A stretch of DNA of 64,000 nucleotides from Candidatus Binatia bacterium. Its GTDB lineage: Bacteria; Desulfobacterota; Binatia; UBA9968; CAXXLF01. The notes below the pieces were generated by a model. It searched no databases and was not told where the DNA came from. It saw nothing but the letters and a program-made list of their open reading frames with translations. Both the position numbers and the translations under genes were made by a program. The stretch lies in NCBI GenBank assembly GCA_963664015.2, contig CAXXLF010000001.1, positions 832,001 to 896,000 of the forward strand, written 5' to 3'. Shown here piece by piece: positions 20,901 to 30,401 of the stretch (within the stretch, counting starts at the first letter, position 1; the number at the start of each line of letters is the position of its first letter).

Positions 20901-21983
20901 ATGGCTAAGCCGTCCCCTCTCACAACTCTGCACACGAAAAATGGCGCCCTGTTCCGGGAAGACCAAGGGTGGATCCTCCCACTTCATTGGGGCAACGTGC
21001 GGGATGAATATAACGCCATTCGCTCCCATGTGGGAGTGCTGGACCTTTGCAACCGTAGCCTACTCCGTTTCACGGGCAGCGATCGAGTCTCTTTTCTCCA
21101 AGGCATGGTCTCAAACGATGTGGCCAGACTATCCCCCGGTCATGGCATAGCCGCTGCCGTCACAGATATCCAGGGGAAGATCCTTGCCGACATAAAACTC
21201 TTCTGTATCGAAGACGCTTACGTTCTATACTTAATCGATCCCTTGAAGGATAAGATCGTCGGCCATCTGAGCCGTTATCTCATAGCCGACGATGTTGAAA
21301 TCACCGACTTAAGCGCCGAATATGGCATTCTATCGATTCAGGGACCCAAATCAATTGAGCTGCTTAAGACTCTGCTAGGGGTCCGGGAGTTGCCTTCCGA
21401 CGAACTGAGCCACGAACAGGTCCAGCTCGATTCCGTCCAGATTCGTATCATACGGGCGACTCACACCGGCGAACCGGGGTTTGATCTCTGGGTACCGGCC
21501 GCTGACCATGTGGCGGTAGCTCAATCGCTCCAGGAAAAAGGACGATCTTTCACTGCTCGCTGGATTGGCACCGACGCGCAGGAGGTCTTCAGAATCGAAG
21601 AGGGCATCCCCCGATACGGTATCGATATGGACGAGCAAAACATCCTGTTGGAGACCGGGCTGGAGAATGCCGTGAGCTTTGACAAGGGCTGTTACCTTGG
21701 ACAAGAGGTCATTGAGAGAATCCACTCCCGAGGCCACGTCAATAAACGGCTTACCGGAATTATCCTGGAAGGAGGAGAACCCGCCCATCCCGGCGACAAG
21801 CTGGAAGCCAGGGAGAAAGAGGTGGGGACAGTGACCAGTTCCACCCTCTCTCCTCGTCTAAATCAACCGGTAGCCCTGGCCTACATCCATCGGGATTACC
21901 TGACTCCGGGCACCTACCTTACTCTCCGGCATAACAACCAGAAGCTCGCCGCCCAAGTCTCCTCCCTACCCTTTAGGGCTTGA
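20901..21983 (+). CDS. YgfZ/GcvT-like folate-binding protein
   Basis: GcvT fold motifs plus the KGCYLGQE signature. Confidence 0.9.
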   Translation: MAKPSPLTTLHTKNGALFREDQGWILPLHWGNVRDEYNAIRSHVGVLDLCNRSLLRFTGSDRVSFLQGMVSNDVARLSPGHGIAAAVTDIQGKILADIKLFCIEDAYVLYLIDPLKDKIVGHLSRYLIADDVEITDLSAEYGILSIQGPKSIELLKTLLGVRELPSDELSHEQVQLDSVQIRIIRATHTGEPGFDLWVPAADHVAVAQSLQEKGRSFTARWIGTDAQEVFRIEEGIPRYGIDMDEQNILLETGLENAVSFDKGCYLGQEVIERIHSRGHVNKRLTGIILEGGEPAHPGDKLEAREKEVGTVTSSTLSPRLNQPVALAYIHRDYLTPGTYLTLRHNNQKLAAQVSSLPFRA

Positions 21984-22122
21984 GTTCGACCGATACCATC
22001 GGTTCCTAAAATGAAAATAAACCCAAGTCAGCGCAGCCATGCGGAGGTTAGCATTCCCCGACCACTTTAAAGGGTGGATGATCTACGAATCAATACCCAA
22101 ACCAGTCTAGGAGGAAGCATCG

Positions 22123-23121
22123 ATGCCGAAACGTGTTGCCATCAACGGCTTTGGGCGAATCGGAAGGTTGAGTCTGCGAGCTATGCTGGAAAGGCATAAG
22201 GACCTGTCCGTCGTTGCGATAAACGATATGGCCGATCTGGAGACCAACGCCCATTTGTTCCAGTACGACTCGACGTACGGGAATTTCCCCGGCTCGGTCA
22301 ACGTGGGCGAAGGGATCCTGAAGATCAACGGCAACAGCGTTACGATTTTCAACGAGAAGGACCCTGCCAGGCTCCCGTGGAAGAAGCTTGGCGTGGACAT
22401 CGTGATCGAGTCAACGGGAATGTTTACCGACGCTCATAAGGCGCAGGCTCATCTCGAGGCGGGCGCAAAGAAGGTCCTCATTACCGCGCCGGCCAAGAAC
22501 GAGGACCTCACCGTGGTCCTGGGAGTCAACGACAAGGCCTACGATCCAAAAAAACACCGGATCATCTCCAATGCCTCCTGTACAACCAACTGCCTGGCCC
22601 CGGTGGTCAAGACGTTGCATGATGCCTTTGGGATCGAAAGGGGGCTCATGACCACCACCCATGCCTATACCAACGACCAGCGTATCCTCGATCTGATGCA
22701 TAAAGACTTGAGAAGGGCCCGGGCCGCTGGTATGAACATCGTCCCTACGACAACCGGTGCAGCGGCTGCCATTGGACTGGTTATCCCTGAGATGCGCGGT
22801 AAGCTCGACGGGCTTTCGCTACGCGTCCCGACCTCAACGGTATCGATTGTTGACCTCGTGGTGAACCTCAAACGTTCAACCTCCGCCAAGGAGATCAATA
22901 CCGCGCTTAGAAAGACCGCTGCCGGGAAACTCAAGGGCATCCTGGAATATACCGATAAGCCCCTGGTTTCAAGCGATTTTCGCGGCCACCCGGCCTCGTC
23001 TATTGTCGATGGCCTCTCGACCGTGGTACTAGACGGAAGGATGGCGAAAGTTCTCGCTTGGTATGATAATGAATGGGGCTACAGTTGCAGGGTCGGCGAT
23101 CTGGCGGCCCGAATGCTGTGA
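22123..23121 (+). CDS. gap: type I glyceraldehyde-3-phosphate dehydrogenase
   Basis: [26 protein letters not shown]. Confidence 0.98.
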   Translation: MPKRVAINGFGRIGRLSLRAMLERHKDLSVVAINDMADLETNAHLFQYDSTYGNFPGSVNVGEGILKINGNSVTIFNEKDPARLPWKKLGVDIVIESTGMFTDAHKAQAHLEAGAKKVLITAPAKNEDLTVVLGVNDKAYDPKKHRIISNASCTTNCLAPVVKTLHDAFGIERGLMTTTHAYTNDQRILDLMHKDLRRARAAGMNIVPTTTGAAAAIGLVIPEMRGKLDGLSLRVPTSTVSIVDLVVNLKRSTSAKEINTALRKTAAGKLKGILEYTDKPLVSSDFRGHPASSIVDGLSTVVLDGRMAKVLAWYDNEWGYSCRVGDLAARML

Positions 23122-23149
23122 TAAGGATTAACCACTAAGGAGAAGAACC

Positions 23150-23539
23150 ATGCTCGCCAAGGATATCATGACCAAGAAGGTGATTACCGTAAGTCCTCAG
23201 ACCACCGTCAAGGATCTGGCCAAGACCCTCACCAAGCACAAGATAAGCGGCACTCCAGTCACGGACAAGAGCGGCAAGCTCATGGGCGTGGTTTCTCGCA
23301 CCGATATCGTGGACAAGATCGGGAACAAGGTCAAAGAGATCATGAGCCAGGACATTGTCCGCGTCAGCGAAGAAACACCGGTCGAGGAGATTGCCAACCT
23401 CTTTACCACATACAAGATCAACCGTGTGCCGGTGCTGCAGGGGAAAAAGCTTACGGGGATCGTGAGCCGCGCCGACATCGTCCGGGCCATCGCTATGGGC
23501 AAGCATATAGCGCTGCACACACCCATTTACGACCTGTAA
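23150..23539 (+). CDS. tandem CBS-domain protein
   Basis: AKDIMT..PV..GVVSRTD and VKEIMS..PV..GIVSRAD; AAGGAG RBS. Confidence 0.92.
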   Translation: MLAKDIMTKKVITVSPQTTVKDLAKTLTKHKISGTPVTDKSGKLMGVVSRTDIVDKIGNKVKEIMSQDIVRVSEETPVEEIANLFTTYKINRVPVLQGKKLTGIVSRADIVRAIAMGKHIALHTPIYDL

Positions 23540-23548
23540 CCGGATCAG

Positions 23549-23578
23549 CCCCCGGTCGCAATCCCTTGCTACCGGGGG
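23549..23578. terminator. GC-rich hairpin between convergent genes
   Basis: CCCCCGGT-cGCAA-tccc-TTGCt-ACCGGGGG; no strong U-tract. Confidence 0.5.
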
Positions 23579-23616
23579 TCGAACCGAACCAACCTAATTT
23601 ACGGCCTCAATTAGCC

Positions 23617-24078
23617 CTAATTTATTTTGTCCAACTCGGCCAGGAGGTCTTTGTTTTCCGGGATGCCTTTCTCATACACCTGCCTGAAGCGCACCACACC
23701 CTGCTTATCGATGACAAAAACTGCCCGCTTGGGGTATCCCTCGGGTTTGAGGCAGTCGTACTTGATACTGACATCACCGTGGGGGAAAAAATCCGACAGC
23801 ATCGGAAAATTGATCCCACCCATTTTCTCGGCGAATGCCTTGTGCGAAAAGACCGAATCTACGCTTACGCTCAGGACCTGAGCGTCTTTAGCCTCGAAGC
23901 TCTTTCGATCAGCCTCGAAGTTAATCAATTCCTGTTGTCAGCCGCCGGTAAAGTCCAGCGGATAGAACGCTAAAACAACATTCTTTTCCCCGGTAAAATC
24001 CGCCAGCCCAACCTTCTGGTCCCTCGCCACGGGAAGTGAAAAATCAGGGGCTTTGTCCCCTACATTCGGTAGGCCCAT
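23617..24078 (-). CDS. selenocysteine-containing peroxiredoxin (AhpC/TSA family), 153 aa
   Basis: ATG 24078 with AAGGAG RBS reads [15 protein letters not shown]...[23 protein letters not shown]; TGA (23938-23940, codon 47) sits at the Cys of PxxxTxxC and the frame continues into ORF 23617..23928. Confidence 0.88.
23892..23920 (-). promoter_or_regulatory. putative bacterial SECIS element
   Basis: 17 nt after UGA: CUUCGAGGCU-GAUCGAAAG-AGCUUCGAGG, a 10-bp stem with two G-U pairs; loop starts with G, 27 nt from the UGA. Confidence 0.72.
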
Positions 24079-24192
24079 AACTCTCTCCTTATCTATAATT
24101 TGAAATTTGAAGTTTCAGGCAGGCATTCCCCGCGGATCATTGCCATGCCGAAAGCATTTATAGCATGCTTACTGCTGACATTAAACCCCGAC

Positions 24193-24735
24193 CTATTTCA
24201 GATTCGGGTAAAGCTTGATGTAATCACTCAGGGCTTCCTGAGTGCTGGGAAAGGCGAGTTCTTCCCATGGAAGATTCGAGAGACTGAAAGTCCGGGCCTC
24301 GACACTCTCGTCCTGGGCCTTGAGTTCCCCTCCAACCACTTCCGCAGCATAAACCACGATCACGTCCCGCTTCCCGGGATAAGAGTACACACCGAGAAGT
24401 GAGCTAAGGCGGATATCGAGATCGGACTCTTCCTTGGTTTCGCGCACCGCCGCCTCCTCGACGCTCTCGCCCCGGTCCACGTAGCCTCCCGGGAAGACCC
24501 ATTTCCCCATGGCCGGCTCGATCCCCCGCCGCAACAGGGCCAACCCGCCGTCCACCGTAAAGATCGCGCCCGCCACCACCTTAGGGTCCAGATAGAAGAT
24601 ATAGGAACACTTCTGACAGACCAGCCGTTCCGGCTCATTGGCCTTAAGCCGGCGCGACTCCAACGACCCGCCACAACTGGGACAGAAACGGTACTCTCCT
24701 TGCCCGTGGTGATGGTGGTGGCTATCCTCTGCCAT
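24193..24735 (-). CDS. NUDIX hydrolase with zinc-ribbon domain
   Basis: FCPSCG..VCQKC, Nudix box GGYVDRGESVEEAAVRETKEES; His5 tract at the N-terminus. Confidence 0.92.
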   Translation of the reverse strand: MAEDSHHHHHGQGEYRFCPSCGGSLESRRLKANEPERLVCQKCSYIFYLDPKVVAGAIFTVDGGLALLRRGIEPAMGKWVFPGGYVDRGESVEEAAVRETKEESDLDIRLSSLLGVYSYPGKRDVIVVYAAEVVGGELKAQDESVEARTFSLSNLPWEELAFPSTQEALSDYIKLYPNLK

Positions 24736-24796
24736 AATATTCCCCTCCACTCCCTTTAGGTTGAATTGGAACCCCAGATTCGTTAAGCGTTAAGAT

Positions 24797-25489
24797 ATGT
24801 TAAGGGCTGTGATCTTCGATTTCAACGGGGTACTCATCGACGACGAACCCATCCACCTTAAAATGATCCAGAAGGTCCTGGGTGACGAGGGTTACTCTCT
24901 AGACACCGACGACTACTACGCTAACTACCTGGGATTCGATGACCGGGACTGTTTCCGAAACTACTATCAAAGACATAAACTCCCTATTAAGAATAGAGCC
25001 CTGGAGGAGTTAGTTACCCGTAAGGGTCGATACTACCGCGAGGGCATCGAGGAGCACATCACTGTCTTTCCAGGGGTCAAGAAACTGGTCTCGGACCTTG
25101 CCAAGCGCCTCCCCCTGGGGATCGCTTCAGGTGCTTTAAGAGTCGAAATCGACTTGATCCTAACGAGAATCGGCTTAAAAGACCACTTCCCAGCTATTGT
25201 TTCGACAGAGGATGTTTCCAAAGGAAAGCCTGACCCCGAGATCTACGTCAAGGCTCTGAGCCTGCTGAATCAAAAGGCCGGTGAATCTGCGATTCAGCCC
25301 TCCGAATGCCTGATTATCGAGGACTCAAAGGAAGGCATCCGAGCCGGCCGGGCGGCAAAAATGCCCTGCCTGGCCGTCGCCAACTCCCTCCCCGCGCGCG
25401 AACTCACGAACGCGAACGCTGTAGTTCAAAGCCTCGAAGAGGTTACCCCCGAATTTTTGGAAAAGCTCTTTCCCACCCCCGGTAAATAA
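24797..25489 (+). CDS. HAD-superfamily phosphatase (beta-phosphoglucomutase-like)
   Basis: AVIFDFNGVLID, KGKPDPEIY, IIEDSKEG. Confidence 0.9.
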   Translation: MLRAVIFDFNGVLIDDEPIHLKMIQKVLGDEGYSLDTDDYYANYLGFDDRDCFRNYYQRHKLPIKNRALEELVTRKGRYYREGIEEHITVFPGVKKLVSDLAKRLPLGIASGALRVEIDLILTRIGLKDHFPAIVSTEDVSKGKPDPEIYVKALSLLNQKAGESAIQPSECLIIEDSKEGIRAGRAAKMPCLAVANSLPARELTNANAVVQSLEEVTPEFLEKLFPTPGK

Positions 25490-25493
25490 CGGC

Positions 25494-25654
25494 TCTTTTT
25501 CCTATCGAGCCATTTCATCAGCCAAAGACATGCTCCGACACCCGAAGCTTCTCGGGCACAAGGCTGTCGGAGCATAATAATCTGTATCCAAGTTTCGAAT
25601 CGAGGCGGTCGGGCTGTCCACAGTCCCGCCGACGGACTGAATACCATTCAATAG
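25494..25654 (+). pseudogene. intI: 3'-terminal remnant of an integron integrase
   Basis: own translation SF.........D......LLGHKAV / frameshift / RSIIICIQVSNRGGRAVHSPADGL aligns with IntI SFATHLL...D...[27 protein letters not shown].D. Confidence 0.72.
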
Positions 25655-25862
25655 GCTCCGCATTCGTAACCCTAAATACACTGACCAGACCTGCAGTGCT
25701 TCCCTAATAGGGCAGCTTTAATTTATTCTTGTTAAGCTATCAAGATCGCCGTAGAATTGATTTTAGGGCGCGATTGGCAGTTCGGTGATACATTGACCAG
25801 CGCCCCCAATACACTTATCAGCATACTCACTGGTTAGTCCCTTAGATGGTCGAAAGGAGAAC

Positions 25863-26352
25863 GTGAAAACATTTATTCATGTATGATTATTGTCCTTTTT
25901 ACACACACCATCTCTTGGTCCCATCAATTCGTAAATGCAGAAGACTTAGAATATTCGTTGAGTTCACATAACATAGTTTATCAAGGTGAAAACACTTTCA
26001 TTTTTTAAGAATATCAAACAATTCGAATGAGGGATCAGAAATCCCAGGCTATTATTATTACTTACAGAGATTTGTGGCCCATAATGACAAGAGTGAAAGC
26101 TCAGTGACGCAAGTAATGTGGGAAATTTCAGAAATAGAAAGATGGAATATGGGACAATACTTATACCACCACAATCATATAAGACCTTAGGATTGCTCCT
26201 GAATAATTTATTTGAGCATAAGAGCACAGGGAAACATCTAATCGTCAATTTTAGAAGATACCTAAAAGATACATCTACGATAACTATTAAGGATCCCTTA
26301 TGGGGTGGCAAGGAAAGAACTAACTAATGATCATTCGATTAACGCTACCTAA
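25863..26352 (+). pseudogene. AT-rich degraded gene cassette ORF
   Basis: AAGGAG RBS + GTG, fragmented frames, markedly lower GC, ends at the first attC site. Confidence 0.45.
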
Positions 26353-26416
26353 CAAAACGCTGCAACCGACCTGTCCCCGCTGTCCGGGTTCAGGCCACTG
26401 AGCTTAGACGTTAGAG
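26347..26416 (+). mobile_element. integron attC site 1
   Basis: ACCTAAC-N5-GCTGCA...TGAGC-N6-GTTAGAG; R''/R' and L''/L' boxes with an extrahelical G. Confidence 0.8.
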
Positions 26417-26422
26417 GTACAA

Positions 26423-26662
26423 ATGGACTCACCTGAAAATATTGCTCAAAACTGCGCTTCCATAGAGGAAGCTCTTGCTGTGCTTCATGACGCCGGCGCG
26501 TCTCCAACCCAGGCCATCAAAGCACTGCAGGAGGGGAGAGGGCTTTCCTGAAGTGAATGCAAGGCGGCACTGCATGGCTCACCGGCATGGTCAGCCGAGG
26601 CAAAGGCCGCTGAATTACTGCGCGACGAGATCATCAGGGCATTGAAAGAGAAAGATCTCTAA
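26423..26662 (+). pseudogene. 79-aa cassette ORF with one in-frame TGA (nonsense or selenocysteine)
   Basis: MDSPENIAQNCASIEEALAVLHDAGASPTQAIKALQEGRGLS*SECKAALHGSPAWSAEAKAAELLRDEIIRALKEKDL; final TAA lies inside R'' of attC 2. Confidence 0.65.
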
Positions 26663-26719
26663 CGAGCCGATCCAGGCGGATAGCTCTTCGAACCGCCGCT
26701 GATCGGCAAGACGTTAGCG
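26657..26719 (+). mobile_element. integron attC site 2
   Basis: CTCTAAC..GCCGATCCAGGCGG..CCGCCGCTGATCGGC..GTTAGCG; its R'' CTCTAAC is the exact reverse complement of the preceding R' GTTAGAG. Confidence 0.85.
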
Positions 26720-26734
26720 AGTTGAATAACGCGA

Positions 26735-27355
26735 ATGCAAGCACTTTGGCTCGCGATTTATTTCACAGTGCTCATGTGGTCTGTGATCGAACCGCACGAT
26801 TTCTTCACGTGGTTCCTGGAGGTATCATCGGCTATGATAGGGCTGATGGTTCTGGCTGCAACACAGGAAGCATTTCCCCTTACCCGCCTGACCTACAGTC
26901 TCGTATTAATTTACTGCATTATTCTCATGATCGGTGGACACTCTATCTATGCGGAGGTGCCATTTTTCGACACCCTCGGCGGGTTTTTCGAATGGGAGAG
27001 AAATAACTACGACAAGGTTGGCCATTTTGCCCAGGGCTTCGTCCCCGCAATTATTTCCCGAGAGATCCTGATCCGGAATTCGGTCGTGAGGAACCGTCCC
27101 TGGCTCAATGTGATGGTTGTCTCTCTATGCCTCGCGATCAGTGCCCTCTACGAGTTACTCGAGTGGGGGATTGCCAGATTGAGCGGTCAAGCAGCCGAGG
27201 CGTTCCTGGGCACGCAAGGATATGTTTGGGACACCCAGTCGGACATGGCGATGGCGCTTATGGGGGCGATCCTGGCATTGATTACGCTCAGCAAGACGAA
27301 TGACCGCCAGATCAATGGTTTAAAATTTAACGACTCCATAAAACCGGATGGATAA
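26735..27355 (+). CDS. DUF2238 / YjdF-like membrane protein
   Basis: TWFLE, GGH..YAEVP, RNNYDKVGHFAQGFVP, SALYELLEW, FLGTQGYVWDTQSDM. Confidence 0.9.
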   Translation: MQALWLAIYFTVLMWSVIEPHDFFTWFLEVSSAMIGLMVLAATQEAFPLTRLTYSLVLIYCIILMIGGHSIYAEVPFFDTLGGFFEWERNNYDKVGHFAQGFVPAIISREILIRNSVVRNRPWLNVMVVSLCLAISALYELLEWGIARLSGQAAEAFLGTQGYVWDTQSDMAMALMGAILALITLSKTNDRQINGLKFNDSIKPDG

Positions 27356-27497
27356 TTGCACAACGTTTCAATTGCACGCGGTTATCCCTCACGTGATGGC
27401 AAATCCTCGAAAAAGATTAAGCTTTACTTACTACCCTTGATGACGTAACAACAAAAAGCTAGCATTCGAGCGACAACGGCGTTTCGCTCTTATTACC

Positions 27498-27806
27498 ATG
27501 GCCAATCAATTGACCGTTCTCGAAGTATTCAATAACGCATTTGAAGCGGAACTGGCTCGCGAGCGGCTTAAAGCCGCTGGGATCGAAGCCTTCGTAGTCA
27601 AGGACGACGCGGGCGGGACAAGACCCGAATTGCAGTTTGCCAGAGGTGTAAGGCTTCTGGTGGCCGAGGAAGATATGGAATTGGCCGGAGAGTTGCTCCA
27701 CTCGGCCGGCTCCGATCCGGATAAGAACTGGACCTGTTCCGGGTGCAGCGAATCCATCGAGAGCCAGTTTTCCGAGTGCTGGCAGTGTGGGACGGTCAGA
27801 AAATAA
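27498..27806 (+). CDS. DUF2007 (putative signal-transducing) domain plus RanBP2-like zinc finger
   Basis: EAELARERLKAAGIEAFV..GVRLLV; WTCSGC..IESQFSECWQCG. Confidence 0.85.
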   Translation: MANQLTVLEVFNNAFEAELARERLKAAGIEAFVVKDDAGGTRPELQFARGVRLLVAEEDMELAGELLHSAGSDPDKNWTCSGCSESIESQFSECWQCGTVRK

Positions 27807-27839
27807 CAAAGCCAATGGAAGAGTCCACCAAAGAACGAT

Positions 27840-28528
27840 TTGAGTTTCAAAGTATCGAGGGTTTTGGACGTCAAAGATCATATCTGCCCCTTATGCAGAG
27901 GAGCTAATACCGGCCAGTTCTTTCAGGACCAGAGTCGCGACTATCTTCTTTGTCCGACGTGTTCCCTAATTTTTGTACCCTCTGAACAAGTTTTATCCGC
28001 GGTAGAGGAAAAAGCCCGATACGATTGACACTAAAACAGCCCTGATGATCAGAGGTATCGACAGTTTTTGAATCGGATTTTCATTCCCATGCAAGAGAGA
28101 TTGGCGACGGGAAGTCATGGCCTGGATTTCGGCTCCGGTCCCGGCCCAACACTTTCAGTGATGTTTGAAGAGATTGGCCATTCCATGGCGATCTATGACT
28201 GTTTTTAGGCAAAGGCCTCAACCGCACTGCTGGAGCAATACGATTTCATAACCGCCACGGAAGTATTGGAGCATCTATATGATCCCGGAAAGGAATTGGA
28301 TAGGCTGTGGTCCATCCTTAAACCGGGGGCAATCTAGGAGTCATGACTCGGCTAGTACCGAATCGGGAGGCTTTTGCCCATTGGAATTACAAGAACGATG
28401 ATACCCATGTCTGCTTTTACTCACCGTCGACCTTCCAATGGCTGGCCGGCCAATGGCGAGCAGAGGTTACCTTCCCCGCCAATGATTTGATTCTCTTTTA
28501 TAAAATGAGTCGCGCGTCCAAAATATAA
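27840..28528 (+). pseudogene. zinc-finger class I SAM methyltransferase with 3 nonsense codons and a frameshift
   Basis: CPLC..CPTC..EKARYD*H*NSPDD..GLDFGSGPGPTL..YDCF*A..TEVLEH..DDTHVCFYS; stops at 28026, 28032, 28206; frameshift near 28327. Confidence 0.88.
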
Positions 28529-28601
28529 AAAGACCAGAGTTACCCTGAGCCCTCTTCGCTTATACCCGTTTCATGATATAAAATTATAGAAGCTTGGTAC
28601 C

Positions 28602-29045
28602 ATGTATAGACTCGCAGTCATTCTTCATCTTATTGGCGCTACGGTGTGGGTCGGCGGCCACATTGTGTTATGTGTGCGCATTCTTCCGCATGCGCTACGC
28701 CGAAAAGACCCCACCCCCTTACGCGACTTCGAGCAACTCTTCGAACCCGTGGGAATGACCGCCCTTGTGCTTCAGATCGTGACTGGCCTGTGGCTCACCT
28801 ATCTCTACATGCCGGAATTTTCCGCCTAGTTCTGGCTCGATTCGGCCTTTTCCAGAGGAGTCGTGCTGAAATTCGTCCTTCTGACCGCCACCCTAGTCCT
28901 CGCCCTACACGCCAGGCTTCAAGTTCACCCCAAACTTGGACCAGACAATCTGGGGTCTCTGGCCATTCACGTCGTTGCTGTCACGCTACTATCCCTATTA
29001 CTGTTGATCGTTGGGGTGGCCATCAGGACCGGGGGGTGGCTCTAA
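28602..29045 (+). pseudogene. CopD-like membrane protein with in-frame TAG
   Basis: LHLIGATVWVGGH..LQIVTGLW; TAG at 28827-28829 in frame with ORF 28863..29045. Confidence 0.75.
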
Positions 29046-29071
29046 TCGGGCCTCCGAAATGGGGTTCTGGG

Positions 29072-29550
29072 ATGGCACACTTTCCCGAGCCATGCGCAGA
29101 TAACAGCTATCGGGTAGAGCATACAAGGATGCTCCTGGAGAGCTCCACCCGATGGACCGGTCGTCAGTTCATCGACGGGGGGCGCTCGCCATGGAAGAGC
29201 AGGCCAGGCAGCTCTGCTATGCCCCCTTCGCCGTAGCATCCCATGACACCTCCCTTGATCCGATTCTCAACTACGGCAACAAGACTGCCCTCGATCTCTG
29301 GGAACTGTCCTGGAGCGACTTTAGATCTACGCCATCGCGTAAAACCGCCGAAACCATCACCCAGGAGGAGCGTAGCCGCCTCCTCGCCGAGGTAACCACC
29401 CATGGATTCATCGACTAATACAAGGGCGTACGCATAACGGCAACGGGCCGTCGCTTTATGATCGAAAGGGCAACTGTTTGGAACCTGATCAACGATGCTG
29501 ACGAGTACCGCGGTCAAGCAGCTATGTTTCGAGACTGGCGGTTTTTATAG
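29072..29550 (+). pseudogene. MEKHLA-domain protein with a frameshift and in-frame TAA
   Basis: LLES..RWTGR / APFAVASH..DPILNYGN..ALDLWE..PSRKTAE..GFID*YKGVRITATGRRF.IE.ATVWNL..GQAAMF..W. Confidence 0.85.
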
Positions 29551-29610
29551 AACCCAGACTAGTCTAGCCATCAGGAAGACAGCTATCAAACAAAATTCAG
29601 GGAAAATATC

Positions 29611-30150
29611 ATGACACCAAGCATACACTGGGGAATGCTCCGTGCCATCCTGGTGCTTCCCGGCACGGTACTGGTATTCGTACCAGCGGCGCTCCTCTGG
29701 TTTTCGCGAGAATTGCGCATGGGGCCCGTACCGGCAAACCCTGAGCAGTTTCACTTTTGGTTGGCCGTGCTGGCTACCCTGATAGGGCTTGGGTTAAGTG
29801 TCTGGACATGCACCCTCTTTTTGCGGTTCGGCGAAGGCACCTCCGCTCCATGGGAACCGCCAAGCAAACTCGTAGTGCGTGGACCCTATCTTCACGTCAG
29901 GAATCCCATGATCTCAGGCATGCTGCTGATCCTCACGGGAGAGGTCCTATGGTTTCAGTCCTGGCCCATTGCCGGCTGGACCGTAGTGTTTTTGATAGGC
30001 AATGTCATTTATTTTCCCTTGGTCGAGGAAAAAGAATTGGCGAACAGGTTCGGCGCCGAATACAACAAATATAGGGCCAATGTTCCTCGCTGGATACCAC
30101 GACTCCGCCCGTGGAAGCCAGAGGACACCCAGCAAACCCCTAGACAATGA
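29611..30150 (+). CDS. isoprenylcysteine carboxylmethyltransferase / PEMT-family membrane protein
   Basis: GEGTSAPWEPPSKLVVRGPYLHVRNPM, EEKELANRFGAEY..Y...VPRWIPR. Confidence 0.9.
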   Translation: MTPSIHWGMLRAILVLPGTVLVFVPAALLWFSRELRMGPVPANPEQFHFWLAVLATLIGLGLSVWTCTLFLRFGEGTSAPWEPPSKLVVRGPYLHVRNPMISGMLLILTGEVLWFQSWPIAGWTVVFLIGNVIYFPLVEEKELANRFGAEYNKYRANVPRWIPRLRPWKPEDTQQTPRQ

Positions 30151-30401
30151 TTACACGATCGAACCCCATCATGAAGCCTCCACGGGCTTACCCAGCCTTC
30201 GTAGCCCAGGCGACTACGGCGGAGTAGGCCGCCCATGATCTTCTACGAAGGCGGACAGAAGTTCAGCGGCTGCCGCTTGGATTGCTTCAATTCACCGGAC
30301 CGTGATAAAAGAAAGAATAGCCAAAGCGCATCAGGAGACGACAAGCGTAAGAAACAACCTACAGGGGACCGACACAAGGATGTCCATAATCAGGAGGGAA
30401 T

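Noticed and set aside
25766-25808. GGGCGC...GCGCCCCCA as a tRNA or tRNA fragment
   Set aside because: Only about 43 nt, with no T-loop or anticodon arm; just a hairpin.
28026-28028. TGA in the methyltransferase as selenocysteine
   Set aside because: Followed two codons later by TAA, then a TAG and a frameshift; not a Cys position.
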